Assembly (NCBI RefSeq): GCF_963921235.1
Contig: NC_086097.1
Coordinates: forward strand, 108,874,001-108,938,000
Length of the DNA: 64,000 nucleotides
DNA from: Mobula hypostoma
Taxonomy: Eukaryota
Direction of reading: 5' to 3'
The position numbers were made by a program, and so were the translations under genes. The notes under the pieces are model-generated. The model saw nothing but the letters and a program-made list of their open reading frames with translations, ran no database searches and had not been told where the DNA came from. Position 1 is the first letter of the stretch; each line of letters opens with the position of its first letter. Positions 24,150 through 35,896 of this stretch are shown one piece after another.

Positions 24150-25629
24150 TCTACAATGTCACTGTCTACAGGTGAGGTACCGGAGGATTGGAGAGTGGCT
24201 CATGTTGTTCGGTTGTTTAAAAAAGGATCAAAAAGTAATCCTGGAAATTGTAGGCCAGTAAGTTTAACGTTGGTAGTGGGTAAGTTATTGGAGGGAGTAC
24301 TAAGAGACAGAATCTACAAGCATTTGGATAGACAGGGACTTATTACGGAGAGTCAACAAGGCTTTGTGCGTGGTAGGTCATGTTTGACCAATCTATTGGA
24401 GTTTTTTGAGGAGGTTACCAGGAAAGTGGATGAAGGGAAGGCAGTGGATGTTGTCTACATGGACTTCAGTAAGGCCTTTGACAAGGTCCCGCATGGGAGG
24501 TTAGTTAGGAAAATTCAGTCACTAGGTATACATGGAGAGGTGGTAAATTGGATTAGACATTGGCTCAATGGAAGAAGCCAAAGAGTGGTAGTAGAGAATT
24601 GCTTCTCCGAGTGGAGGCCTGTGACTAGTGGTGTGCCACAGGGATCAGTGCTGGGTCCATTGTCATTTGTCATCTATATCAATGATCTGGATGATAATGT
24701 GGTAAATTGGATCAGCAAATTTGCTGATGATACAAAGAATGGAGGTGTAGTAGACAGTGAGGAAGATTTTCAGAGCCTGCAGAGGGACTTGGACCAGCTG
24801 GAAAAACGGGCTGAAAATTGGCAGATGGAGTTTAATACAGACAAGTGTGAGGTATTGCACGTTGGAAGGACAAACCAAGGTAGAACAAACAGGGTTAATG
24901 GTAAGGCACTGAGGAGTGCAGTGGAACAGAGGAATCTGGGAATACAGATACAAAATTCCCTAAAAGTAGCATCACAGGTACATAGGGTCGTAAAGAGAGC
25001 TTTTGGTATATTGGCCTTTATTAATCAATTGAGTATAAGATATGGAAGGTTATGATGAGGTTGTATAAGGCATTGGTGAGGCCGAATCTGGAGTATTGTG
25101 TTCAGTTTTGGTCACCAAATTACAGGAAGGATATTAATAAGGTTGAAAGAGTGCAGAGAAGGTTTACAAGGATGTTGCCGGGACTTGAGAAACTCAGTTA
25201 CAGAGAAAGGTTGAATAGGTTGGGACTATATTCCCTGGAGTGTAGAAGAATGAGGGGAGATTTGATAGAGGTATATAAAATTATGATGGATATAGATAGA
25301 GTGAATGCAAGCAGGCTTTTTCCACTGAGGCAAGGGGAGAAAAAAACCAGAGGACATGGGTTAAGGTTGAGGGGGGAAAAGTTTAAAGGGAACACTAGGG
25401 GGGGCTTCTTCACACGGAGAGTGGTGGGAGTATGGAATGAGCTGCCAGACAAGGTGGTAAATGCGGGTTCTTTTTTAACATTTAAGAATAAATTGGACAG
25501 ATACATGGATGGGAGGTGTATGGAGGGATATGGTCCGTGTGCAGGTCAGTGGGACCAGGCAGAAAATGGTTCAGCACAGCCAAGAAGGGCCAAAGGGCCT
25601 GTTTCTGTGCTGTAGTTTCTATGGCTTCT
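24150..25629 (+). mobile_element. CR1 family B, 5'-truncated (RT domain, one frameshift)
   Basis: ORFs 24156-25055 (DFSKAFDKV, GVPQGS, FADD) and 25052-25615. atggctg is duplicated (24143-24149, 25630-25636). Confidence 0.95.
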
Positions 25630-26171
25630 ATGGCTGAGTGAAAATTAATCAGCATAGACCCTGAGATGGTATGTTTCCTAAGATGGCGTAGGAAGAACAG
25701 TTTCTGCTGGGCTTTTCTAGTGAGAAGCGTAATGTGCTTGTCCCATTTCAATGTTTTGGTAATGTTAGACCCCAGGAATTGGAATGACTCAACTACAGAC
25801 ACAGCCTTACCATTAATTTCCAAGTGGGGCAGATAGAGGATTGTCAGTGGAAATCAAGACACTGTCTTAATCGCATTAAGCTCCAAGTTGTTATGAATAT
25901 GCCATGCTGCATGATGGTCTACCTCTCTCTGATAGCAGGTCACATCGTTATGAGAGATGAGATCAAATACAGTCACGTCATCTGTGAACTTTAGGATTTT
26001 CATGGATATGTCTGTGGAAGTGCAGTCATTTGTATAGGAGGGGTGAATGAACACAGCCCTGGGGAGATCCTGTGCTTATAGACATTGAATCAGACAAGTA
26101 GGAGCCCAGTCTTACATACTGCTTCCTTCCTGTTGGAAGGAAATTGGTAATTAGTAATTGTAATTGATAAT

Positions 26172-26800
26172 TAATGCATGCATTAAGAAAGGATACAATG
26201 TTCCTCCAGAATGATATCACAGAAACACAAGACAAACCAAGACTGAAAAACTGACAAAAACCATAGAATTATAACATAGTTACAACAGTGCAAAGCAATA
26301 CCGTAATTTGATAAAGAACAGACCATGGGCACAGTAAAAAAAGTCTCAAGTTCTCTCGAAAGTCCCATCATCTCATGCAGACGGTAGAAGGAAGAAAAAC
26401 TCTCCCCGCCATGAGCTTCCAGTGCCGCAAACTTGCCAATGCAGCATCCTGGAAGCACCCGACCACAGCCGACTCTTGAGTCCGTCCGAAAACTTTGAGC
26501 CTCCGACCAGCCCTCTGACACCAAGCACCGAGCACCATCTCTGCTGAGCACTTCGACCCTGGCCCCGGCAACAGGCAATAGGTAAAGCCGAGGATTTGGG
26601 GCCTTCCCCTCCGGAGATTCTTGATTGCACAGTAGCAGCGACAGCGAAGCAGGCATTTCAGAAGTTTCTCCAGATGTTCCTCCGTGCTTCTCACATCCGT
26701 CTCCATCAAATCAGGATTGTGCATGGTATCTACTTACAAATACAATATCATTTTGGAGCGGCTGTGCGCGCTGCATCGCGCCGCCATCTTTTCCTCCCCT
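26172..26800 (-). mobile_element. Short non-autonomous LINE-derived element (second copy at 54297-54905)
   Basis: Collinear with 54345-54905. The 5' end carries aagatggcg (YY1-like motif). No conserved ORF. Confidence 0.7.
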
Positions 26801-26897
26801 CCTAATCCACTGACAGATACTGTAGGGTACAGCTTGCTGGGTTAACTTGCTGTGGAGCAACTCCAGAACAATAGTGTTGAATGCAGAGCTGGAGCCC

Positions 26898-27107
26898 ACA
26901 AACAAGAGAAAATCTGCAGATGCTGGAAATCCAAGGAATACACGTGAAATGCTAGAGGAACTCAGCAGGCCAGGTAGTATCTATGGAAAAGAGTGCAGTC
27001 GACATTTCGGGCCTGCTGAAAGGTCATGGCCCGAAATGTTGACTGTACTCTTTTCCATAGATGCTGCCTGGCCTGCTCAGTTCCTCCAGCAATTTGTGTG
27101 TGTTCCT
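26898..27107. mobile_element. Foldback Penelope pLTR-derived insertion
   Basis: Imperfect inverted arms at about 26936-27013 and 27028-27107 around a decayed hammerhead core. Confidence 0.75.
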
Positions 27108-28289
27108 CACATAGGTGATGAGGGTGTTCAAGTGTTGAAGAATGTAATGAAGCCACAAGTTAACTGCATCCTCAGATGAAAATTTTGCTCTATAAGCAAA
27201 CTGTAACAGGTCAAGAAGATCAGTAATGGATTTAAGGTAGATCAATATCAGATGTTCAAAGGTTTTCATAACTACTGATCTAAGGCCTATGATCATCAAG
27301 TCTAATGACCCTGTCTTTTTTGAGAAATGGAACAAGTGTAGCAACTTTAAAGTAGTCTGGAGCACTACATAATTGCAGGGAGGTGTTAAGTATCTCAGTA
27401 AAAGCAAGTGCTAGCTGATCTGCACAGTGCCTTAGAGTAGCAGGTGAGACACCATCAGGGTCTGCAGCTTTCCTAATGTTTTACAAATAGTTTGCAAACA
27501 TCTTCTTGGTTCACAGGAAGTACAGGGTGGGATGGAGGGTGGGAGCAAGAAGTAGGGAGGCTGAAGAAGGTAAATGGGGCTGGGGTGAAGGGGGTTGGTG
27601 ACATTGGAGTGTTTGTGAAAGGGACAGGGGTAGGGACTCAGCATATCAGAGCAAGAGAGAAGAGATAGATATTGATTATACTTTTCAGACCAGCATTAAA
27701 GCTGATTGAGCTGATTGGCCAGAGTAGGGGAGGGGGAGACTTGGGAGCACCTCTATTTGAAGTTGGTAAAACTTTGCAGGAAACTCCAGTCTGCCCCGCT
27801 ATTTTTGATTAAGTCTCTCTCTAGCCGATCCTTGTGTGGCTTTTTCCACTTTCATAGCTTTATTAAATGGCTGTTTCCAGACCTGAAGGTATGATCCTTT
27901 GTACAGTCCTCTTCTGAGAGTCCTCAACACCTTGGTAAACCACGACTTGCTGTTGTTATATCTCACAATTATCTTTTAAGAAAGACACACATCTTCACAG
28001 AAGGGCATGTAGGATGTTACAGTGTCAGCATATTCATCTATACTGCTACACCAATCTTCCATGGCTTTCCAATCTGTGGAGACAAAGCCGTCTCTCAGCC
28101 TTCCTACAGCCTCAGGAATCCATTGCTACCTGATGGTCCTGGTTGGTTTAGTCTGTTCCAATTTTTGTTTATAGCTCGGAACAAGCATGATCATGGCATG
28201 GTCAGAGTTGCCAAGATGTCCTCGGGGAAAATGGTGGACTGTCTCTTTAATGTTGGTATAGAAGTGATCCAAGTTCTGTCCTCACATAT

Positions 28290-28552
28290 GGGGCAACATG
28301 GTAGTGCAGTGGTTAGTACAGCACTTTAGAGTACAGGTGACCTGGGTTCAATTCCTGCTGCTGACTGCTAGGAGCTTGTACATTTGTGATTGCATGGTTT
28401 CCTCCCAGTGCTCTGCTTTCCTCTCACAGTCCAAAGGCATACCTGTTGGTAGGTTAATGTCATTGTAAATTGTCCCATGTTGGGCTAAAATTGCTGGGTG
28501 GTGTTCTCAAAGGGCCAGAAGGGCCTATTCCACACTATATCTCAATAAATAT
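28290..28552 (+). mobile_element. tRNA-derived V-SINE-like element
   Basis: A-box-like tagtgcagtggtt and B-box ggttcaattcc, central ggtttcctcccagtgctctgctttcctctcacagtccaaag, and a CR1-like tail gggccagaagggcct. Confidence 0.75.
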
Positions 28553-29306
28553 ATAGATAATCATCTGATGGTATTTAGGCAGGTTATTTTTCATGTTGTA
28601 ATGGTTAAAATGCCCCATAATACAAATGACAGAATTGGGAAATTTATTTTCCAAGTCATAAATGTTATCAGTCAAAGGCCATTGTGCAGATTGAGTGTCG
28701 GCATGAGGGGAATGTAAACACCAGCCAGGGTTACTTACTGCCCATTACACCATTGGCACTTATACCAGTAATGATGTCTTTGGCCATCTTCTCTATTGTG
28801 CTTCAGGAGTGGTTCAGGGTTCTCAGTCGCATGCAGACATAGAAGGATTCTTCCTTGCTGTTTCCATATATATCTTTTGGCCTCAACTTAACCCCCAAAC
28901 CTGGAGAATCGGTGGACCACTTTTAGACTGGCCTCTACCCAGAGGCATGGGTGACCCTACCAAGAGCCTAAGCACAAGGCTCTGGCTCCAGCCAACATAG
29001 TGTCAAAAGGGCATGGCACTAACAGACCCAAGTGCAAGATATAGACACTGAAGTACTAGGGACAGGACTAGGATACAGGGAGATGGCAAGGACATGGACA
29101 GGAAAACCAGGAACCTGGAACAGGACTGGACAAGAGAGCTAGGAGCCTGGGCTTGGACTCCGAGCCAGAGACTGGACAAGGACCCAGTACCTGAGTCTTG
29201 CCTCTGGCTCGGACCCCAGAACTCGGCAAGGACGAGGCTGGAATCTTCAGGCTAGAGACTAGAGATTTGGCTTGGCAAGAGGCTAGAGGCTAAAGGCTAG
29301 AGGCTA

Positions 29307-29471
29307 GAGGCGGCAGTCGTCAGGCTCGCGGCTCGGCAGGAGGCGGCAGTCGTCAGGCTCGCGGCTCGGCAGGAGGCGGCAGTCGTCAGGCTCGCGGCTC
29401 GGCAGGAGGCGGCAGTCGTCAGGCTCGCGGCTCGGCAGGAGGCGGCAGTCGTCAGGCTCGCGGCTCGGCAG
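29307..29471. repeat. 33-bp minisatellite, 5 perfect copies
   Basis: Unit gaggcggcagtcgtcaggctcgcggctcggcag. Confidence 0.97.
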
Positions 29472-29500
29472 GAGGCAAGGCGAGGGTTGGCAGGAGGCCG

Positions 29501-30292
29501 GAGACTTGAGACTTGAGGCGAGGCTGGAGGCTGGAGGCAGGAGACTTGAGGCGAGGCTGGAGGCTGGAGGCAGGAGACTTGAGGCGAGGCTGGAGGCAGG
29601 AGACTTGAGGCGAGGCTGGAGGCAGGAGACTTGAGGCGAGGCTGGAGGCTGGAGGCAGGAGACTTGAGGCGAGGCTGGAGGCAGGAGGCAGGAGACTTGA
29701 GGCGAGGCTGGAGGCAAGAGACTTGAGGCGAGGCTGGAGGCAGGAGACTTGAAGGCGAGGCTGGAGGCAGGAGGCAGGAGACTTGAGGCGAGGCTGGAGG
29801 CAGGAGGCAGGAGACTTGAGGCGAGGCTGGAGGCAGGAGACTTGAGGCGAGGCTGGAGGCAGGAGACTTGAAGGCGAGGCTGGAGGCAGGAGGCAGGAGA
29901 CTTGAGGCGAGGCTGGAGGCAGGAGGCAGGAGACGAGGCGAGGCTGGAGGCTGGAGGCAGGAGACTTGAGGCGAGGCTGGAGGAAGGAGACTTGAGGCGA
30001 GGCTGGAGGCAGGAGACTTGAAGGCGAGGCTGGAGGCAGGAGGCAGGAGACTTGAGGCGAGGCTGGAGGCTGGAGGCAGGAGACTTGAGGCGAGGCTGGA
30101 GGCTGGAGGCAGGAGACTTGTGGCGAGGCTGGAGGCTGGCGGCAGGATACTTGAGGCGAAGCTGGAGGGTGGAGGCAGGAGACTTGAGGCGAGACTGGAG
30201 GCTGGAGGCAGGAGACTTGAGGTGAGGCTGGAGGCAGGAGACTTGAGGCGAGGCTGGAGGCAGGAGGCAGGAGACGAGGCGAGGCGAGGCAG
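29501..30292. repeat. Modular minisatellite (26-34-bp units)
   Basis: Core gagacttgaggcgaggctggaggcag with optional 7-bp modules gaggctg or gaggcag and a +a variant. Confidence 0.95.
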
Positions 30293-30807
30293 GCTCCTCC
30301 TGGGCAGGGCGTGGACCACCACCCGACAGAGGCAAGGGACAGGAAGGGACAGAACCAACCCCAGGTAACAGCAAGACGGCCTGGCTTACCTGGATGGAGG
30401 CAAGGGACAGCAAGGGAGCTGGGTACGGGGTGGCTCCAGGACAAGACTGCAGGCGAGACAAGGTGACAGTTACCAGCAAGACAAGGCAAGGCTTCTGGCA
30501 AAGCAAGGCGAGACGAGAACCTCAGGCGAGGCGAGAGTTACCGGCAAGACAAGGCAGGGCTTCAGGCGAAGAAACAGAAGGCAGAGGAAGGCAAACAAGG
30601 AGTAAGAACAATCCAGCAGTCACACCTGTCTGTCTGTATCTTGTTTTACAGCGGTTGGCCTCCAGCTTAATGGTGCATTACCGCCACCCTCTGCTCCAGA
30701 ATGTGCACTAGACATACATTCTAAATCCCTTCACCCAATCTCTCTCACACACACACACTTCACCCTCCCATCTTTGACCATCCTAGTATCCTATTCCTGT
30801 TTATTCG

Positions 30808-33800
30808 TCATATTCTATAAAAAACCCCTGTACCTCTTAAAAACGCTAAAAATACCCGGACTTGTGCTCTCTCACCCATGCCCAGCAACCCTTTTAATGT
30901 GAATTCCTGCATCCCCAACTCCCTTAATTTATTTCTCATCATCTCTCTCTGTATCCCATACTTCCTGCAACTCAGAACTACATGTTCTACTGACTCCTCT
31001 TCCTGACATTCCTCACACAATCCTGTCTGGTGTTTCCCTATCATTTTCAATGTTTTGTTTAATGCACAGTGCCCCAGCCTTAACCTAGTCCACACAGTTT
31101 CCTCTCTTCTGTTTCCATTACCTACCCTAGTACCTGCAACACTCTTTTGTATTTGATATAAATGCCTCCCTTTCCCCTCCCTGTCCCATCTTTCTTGCCA
31201 CATTCAGTTGACCTTTTCCCAGATTACACACTTAACCTCTGCTTTACTGACACTAATGTGCATTTCCACATTTTCTTTCTTTAACGCCCTCTTTGCCAAC
31301 TCATCCACCCTCTCATTGCCCTTCACCCCTACATGTGCTGGAACCCATAGAAATTTTACCTGACCTCCCTGATTTGCAATTCTTGTAACTAACTGAAGGA
31401 CTTCATAAAGTACATCTTGCCAACTGTTTGTGTGAAAAGACCTTAAACTTGCTAGAACTGAGGATGAATCTGAACATATCAATGCTTTGGCTTGTCTGGC
31501 TTTCTGCACCCATTGCAACGCAACCAACACTGCCAGCATCTCCACTGTAAACACCCCTAACTTATTAGATGTTCTTCTGCTGATTCCAATTTCTTTTGCT
31601 GGTATTACCACCCCAAACCCTGTCACTCCTGTTTCAGGTTCCTTCGCAGCATCCGTATAAATGTGAGTATAATCACTATACTTTTCCATCACATGACAGT
31701 TAAATGCATTTACCAAATCTGTTTTATATCTTTCTTTCCTTTTTACCTCCAACAAATGCCAGTCTATGTCAGGCCATACAAGCTTCCATGGAGCTACAAC
31801 TGGATAAACTACTGAAGGACTTATCCTCAGATCAAATACTCCACATTCTTTCACGGTATCATTCCCTACCCAACTAAAGGTATCCCTCTGAAACCTCCCA
31901 TTTTCCCAGCACTCCTGCAACACTCCTTTAGTAGGGTGAGAATCATTGTGCCCCTGCAAGTTAGCCCAGTAGTTTGCCATCAGGTGCATCCTTCTTAGTT
32001 CCAAAGGCATTATTCCCATTTCTACCTGTAGGGCTGACACTGGTGACGTTTTAAAAGCCCCACTGCACACTCTCAAGGCCTGAGCCTGAATCACATCCAG
32101 TTTCCTTATAGAGATCTAGCTGCTGATCCATATACTATATTTCCATAATCCAATACAGATCTTACTAAAACCACATACATTCTCTTCAAAGCTGAACAAC
32201 TTGCTCCCCATTCCCTACCAGTCAAACATCTCATCACATTTATTATTTTTTTACATTTCTCCTCAACTTTCCTGATGTGGTCTACCCATGTTAATCGTGA
32301 ATCAAATATAACTCCCAGAAATTTAAATGATGTAACCCTTTCTAATTCAACCCCATACATCCTTAATTTCTTCCCTACCTCAACCTTTTTCCTGGTAAAA
32401 AATACAGTTTGAGTTTTATCTACTGAAAATCTACATCCCCAGTCATAACCCCACTCCACCACTTCATCAATTGCTTCTTGTAGTTTCCTGATTATATGGT
32501 CCATGTTCCTACCTCTTTTCCACAAGGCCCCATCATCCGCAAACAGTGACCTACCGATATCCACTGGTACCTTTGTGAAGACATCATTGATCATAATGAT
32601 GAAAAGTAACGGGCTAATCACACTACCTTGAGGTGTGCCATTTTCCACTATGTACTGTTTTGATAATTCTGATCCAATCCGAACTTGAATTTTTCTACCA
32701 AACAAAAAATCTTTAATCCAATTAAAACTCTTCCACCAACCCCCATCTTGTGCAGTTTAATTAATAATCCTTCCTTCCACATCATATCATAGGCTTTTTC
32801 AATGTCAAAGAACATTGCCACTACTGACTCTCTATTTGCCTGGGCCTTCCTTACTTCAGTCTCTAACATAATCACTGAGTCCATGGAATTCCTTCCCTTT
32901 CTAAAACCACTCTGATAACTTGCCAGCATTCCCCTTTTCTCAAGCTCATATGATAACCTTTCTGTTATCATCCTTTCCATTATCTTACATATACTTGATG
33001 TTAATGCAATTGGTCTGTAGCTAGTGGGTTTTGACAGATCCTTGCCAAGCTTCCTTATTGGAATTACTACTGCTTCTTTCCAGGCACTTGGTAATCTTCT
33101 CTCCTCCCACACTCTTATAAAAAATGCAGCAACTTCAAGAGCGCTCCTTCTCCTAGATTTTTTAGCATCACAGAGCATATCAGATCTTTCCTTGGGGAGG
33201 CTGGTCTCGATCTCTTTACTGCTCTCACCATTTCTGCTAATGTAAATGGATCATCAATTATATCATCTGTTCCTTCCCTCCTGCTTAACACACCTGGGTG
33301 TTGGCTCATTATTCTTTCCCTTCTTCTTCTCCCTTCTTCAGACAAATTTTCTGAACTGTGTATCAGTACAAATGACTTGGCCATGACCTCAGCCTTATCC
33401 CTACTGGAGACTGCAGTTTCCTCCTCAGATATCATTACTGGATATTCCCATTCCCTTCTATCTCCTTCCATCCTCTTAATCATTCCCCATATCTCTCCCA
33501 CAGGTGTTGTTCTTCCTACCTTGTCGCAAAAACTCCTCCAACTTGCCCTTTTAGCTTGATGTATAGTTCTTCTCACCACTGCCTGTGCTTTCTTATATTG
33601 AACCAAATGCTGCATATTATGGGTTCTTTTAACTAGCCTGAATGCTCTATTTCTGTTTTTTTACAGCCTGACAACATTCCTCTGTCCACCATGGTACCAG
33701 TTTTCTATTCATCCTATTTTTACTCCTAGGTATAGATCCTTCTGCTGCCATGATAATTGCTGAAGTCACCTGACTGTTTAATTCATCTACATTTCCAGAA

Positions 33801-34582
33801 ATATCAATCTTTGTCAACCCTTCTTCACTCAACTTCTGGAACTTACCCCAATCAGCTTTTTCAAACACCCACTTTGGGGTTCCGCCACCTGGTCTTACTT
33901 CAACTCTTTCACTCACTGAACACAAAACTGGGTAGTGATCACTGCCTACTGTTGAAGCAGTCCAAACTCCCCAGTTACTAATGCCAGCCAAGGTATTAGA
34001 CACTAACGTAATATCTAACACTGACTCAGTTCCTGTTGTTATATCTATCCTTGTGCCGCTACCATCATTCATACACACCAAATCCCTTTCTTCCATCAAA
34101 TCTTCAATTACCTTTCCATTTGGATCTGTAATCTGATCCCCCCATATTGTGCTATGAGCATTGAAATCTGCACACCACACTACTTTATGTCTGTTTTGTC
34201 CTTGTATCTTTAATAGGCTGTCCAAATCCAACCTTTTACATGGATTGTAGTAGTTAATTATAACCACTCCCTCCCCTCTCTCCCACACTTCCACCACTAT
34301 GTATTCCTGATCATCTCCTTTTTCCAGTACCCTATGTGGTATACCTTGCTTGATTAACATAGCACAACCCCCTCCTCCCGCTAGATTTCTATCTTTCCTT
34401 ATCATTGTATACCCATATACCACAAAGTCTAAAGTTGGTTTCAACCAAGTTTCCTGAATACACACTACATCTGGTTTTACAACCATTTCTTTAATAAAGT
34501 GCTTGAATTCCTGGCTATTGGCCAGTAAGCTCCTTGCATTCCATTGTAAAAGAATCACCATAATTAGTATTAACCAACACAT
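30808..34582 (-). pseudogene. Nimb/I ORF2 (APE-RT-RNase H-CCHC) with several frameshifts and one in-frame stop
   Basis: LQWNARSL, IQETWL, DFNAH, GSDHYP, YRPIALTS, DIEKAYD, GTPQGSVISP, LFADD, IYTD..E..SDS..WVPAHVGVKGNERVD and CEEC..H..C. Stop codon at 31204-31206. Confidence 0.92.
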
Positions 34583-35896
34583 GACACTTCCTGGCTTGAC
34601 TGATTACTGAGGTTCTCCCTCACTTCCTCCCATGTCAGTCCTACTAACCCTAAATGGTTTACTGCTGCTTTTACCACCAGCTGAATTTTGTCACTTTTTG
34701 ACTTTACCTCAGCCGTACTATTAATCACTCCTGCAATGAATGTTACTAGAGCCTTTTTGTCTACATAATCCTGTCATTTGTTCTTTGTTGCATCTCTCGT
34801 ATCCCTATTGCTCCCTGTTCATTACGAGCATTATTCTGTTCTCTTGACATTCTTACAGCTTCTGCATAAGTGATCTTTTCACTCTTATTTCTTGAATTTT
34901 AGTCTCCCGTCTGACAACCTCACACCCATTATATGCAACATTATGAGCTCCTCCACAATTGCAGCATTTTGGTTGAACTCCTGTTCCGCACTTTCCATAT
35001 TCATGATCACCCCCACATCTAGCATATCTCCTCTGCTTTTTACAGTTTTTAGCCACGTGTCCAAACCTTTGACAATTATAGCACCTCAGTGGCTTTGGCA
35101 CATACACCCTCACTGGGTAACTCATGAAACCCAGGAACACCTTCCTTGGCACTCTTTCTTCTTCAAATTCAATCAATACAGATTCACTTTCCTTTTTCAC
35201 TCCCTCCTTTGTTGTTTTCAGTCTTTGAACATTCATTACTTTCCCTCCTTTGATATTCCTCTTTATCTCCTCCATATTTATACTCATTGGTATCCCCGTG
35301 ATCACTCCTTTACAACCATTGTTTTGTGTTCCCACCCTCCCAGTGTATTCCACCTTGCATTTTCCTATCTCTTTTAGCTTGAGTGCTTTCTCAAGTCGTT
35401 CCTCATTCGCACATCTTACCAATAAGTTGCCATCATTAAGGACTTTTGCAAATACTATTTCCCCTATCTTATTTGTCAGAGTTGTTGTTAGCACAAATGG
35501 GTTAATTTTCTACATATGTCCCTGAGCCTTCTCATTAAACCTAATTATGACAACACCTCCTCTCTGAGCTTGTTCATCTTCCTCACTTTCAGAGCTTTCT
35601 CCACAATCATTTCTTATTCTTTTATTCCCTTTGTCTTGGTTTTTATTCATCCGACCCCTCACTACCTCCTCATTCCCTTTATTTCTCCCTTCACAATAAT
35701 CCACCTCTCCCCAGCTGCCTACCTCTGGTCCCAAGTCTCTAACCCTCTCCTTCTCCACTTTCTTTCCCTCAACCCCGCCTCTTATCTTGTCCACCATTAC
35801 CGGACCCACACGACCCCCTCCCAGCAATTTCCATTCCTTCCCCACTCTCTTTCCCTCAACAGGTTCCAAACCACATTCACGCATCAAGCAAAACAC
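34570..35896 (-). pseudogene. Nimb/I ORF1 (gag-like, three CCHC knuckles), frameshifted
   Basis: CYNCQRFGHVAKNC, YARCGGDHEYGKC (first Cys lost) and CCNCGGAHNVAYNGC in ORF 34853-35494. The N-terminal part is in 35510-35896. Confidence 0.88.

Noticed and set aside
29307..30292. CRISPR-like array
   Set aside because: Head-to-tail repeats without unique spacers, no cas genes, eukaryotic context.
29297..30506. Three overlapping 349-400-aa Pro/Ser/Leu-rich ORFs
   Set aside because: They arise from minisatellites lacking stop codons in all minus-strand frames. No domain content.
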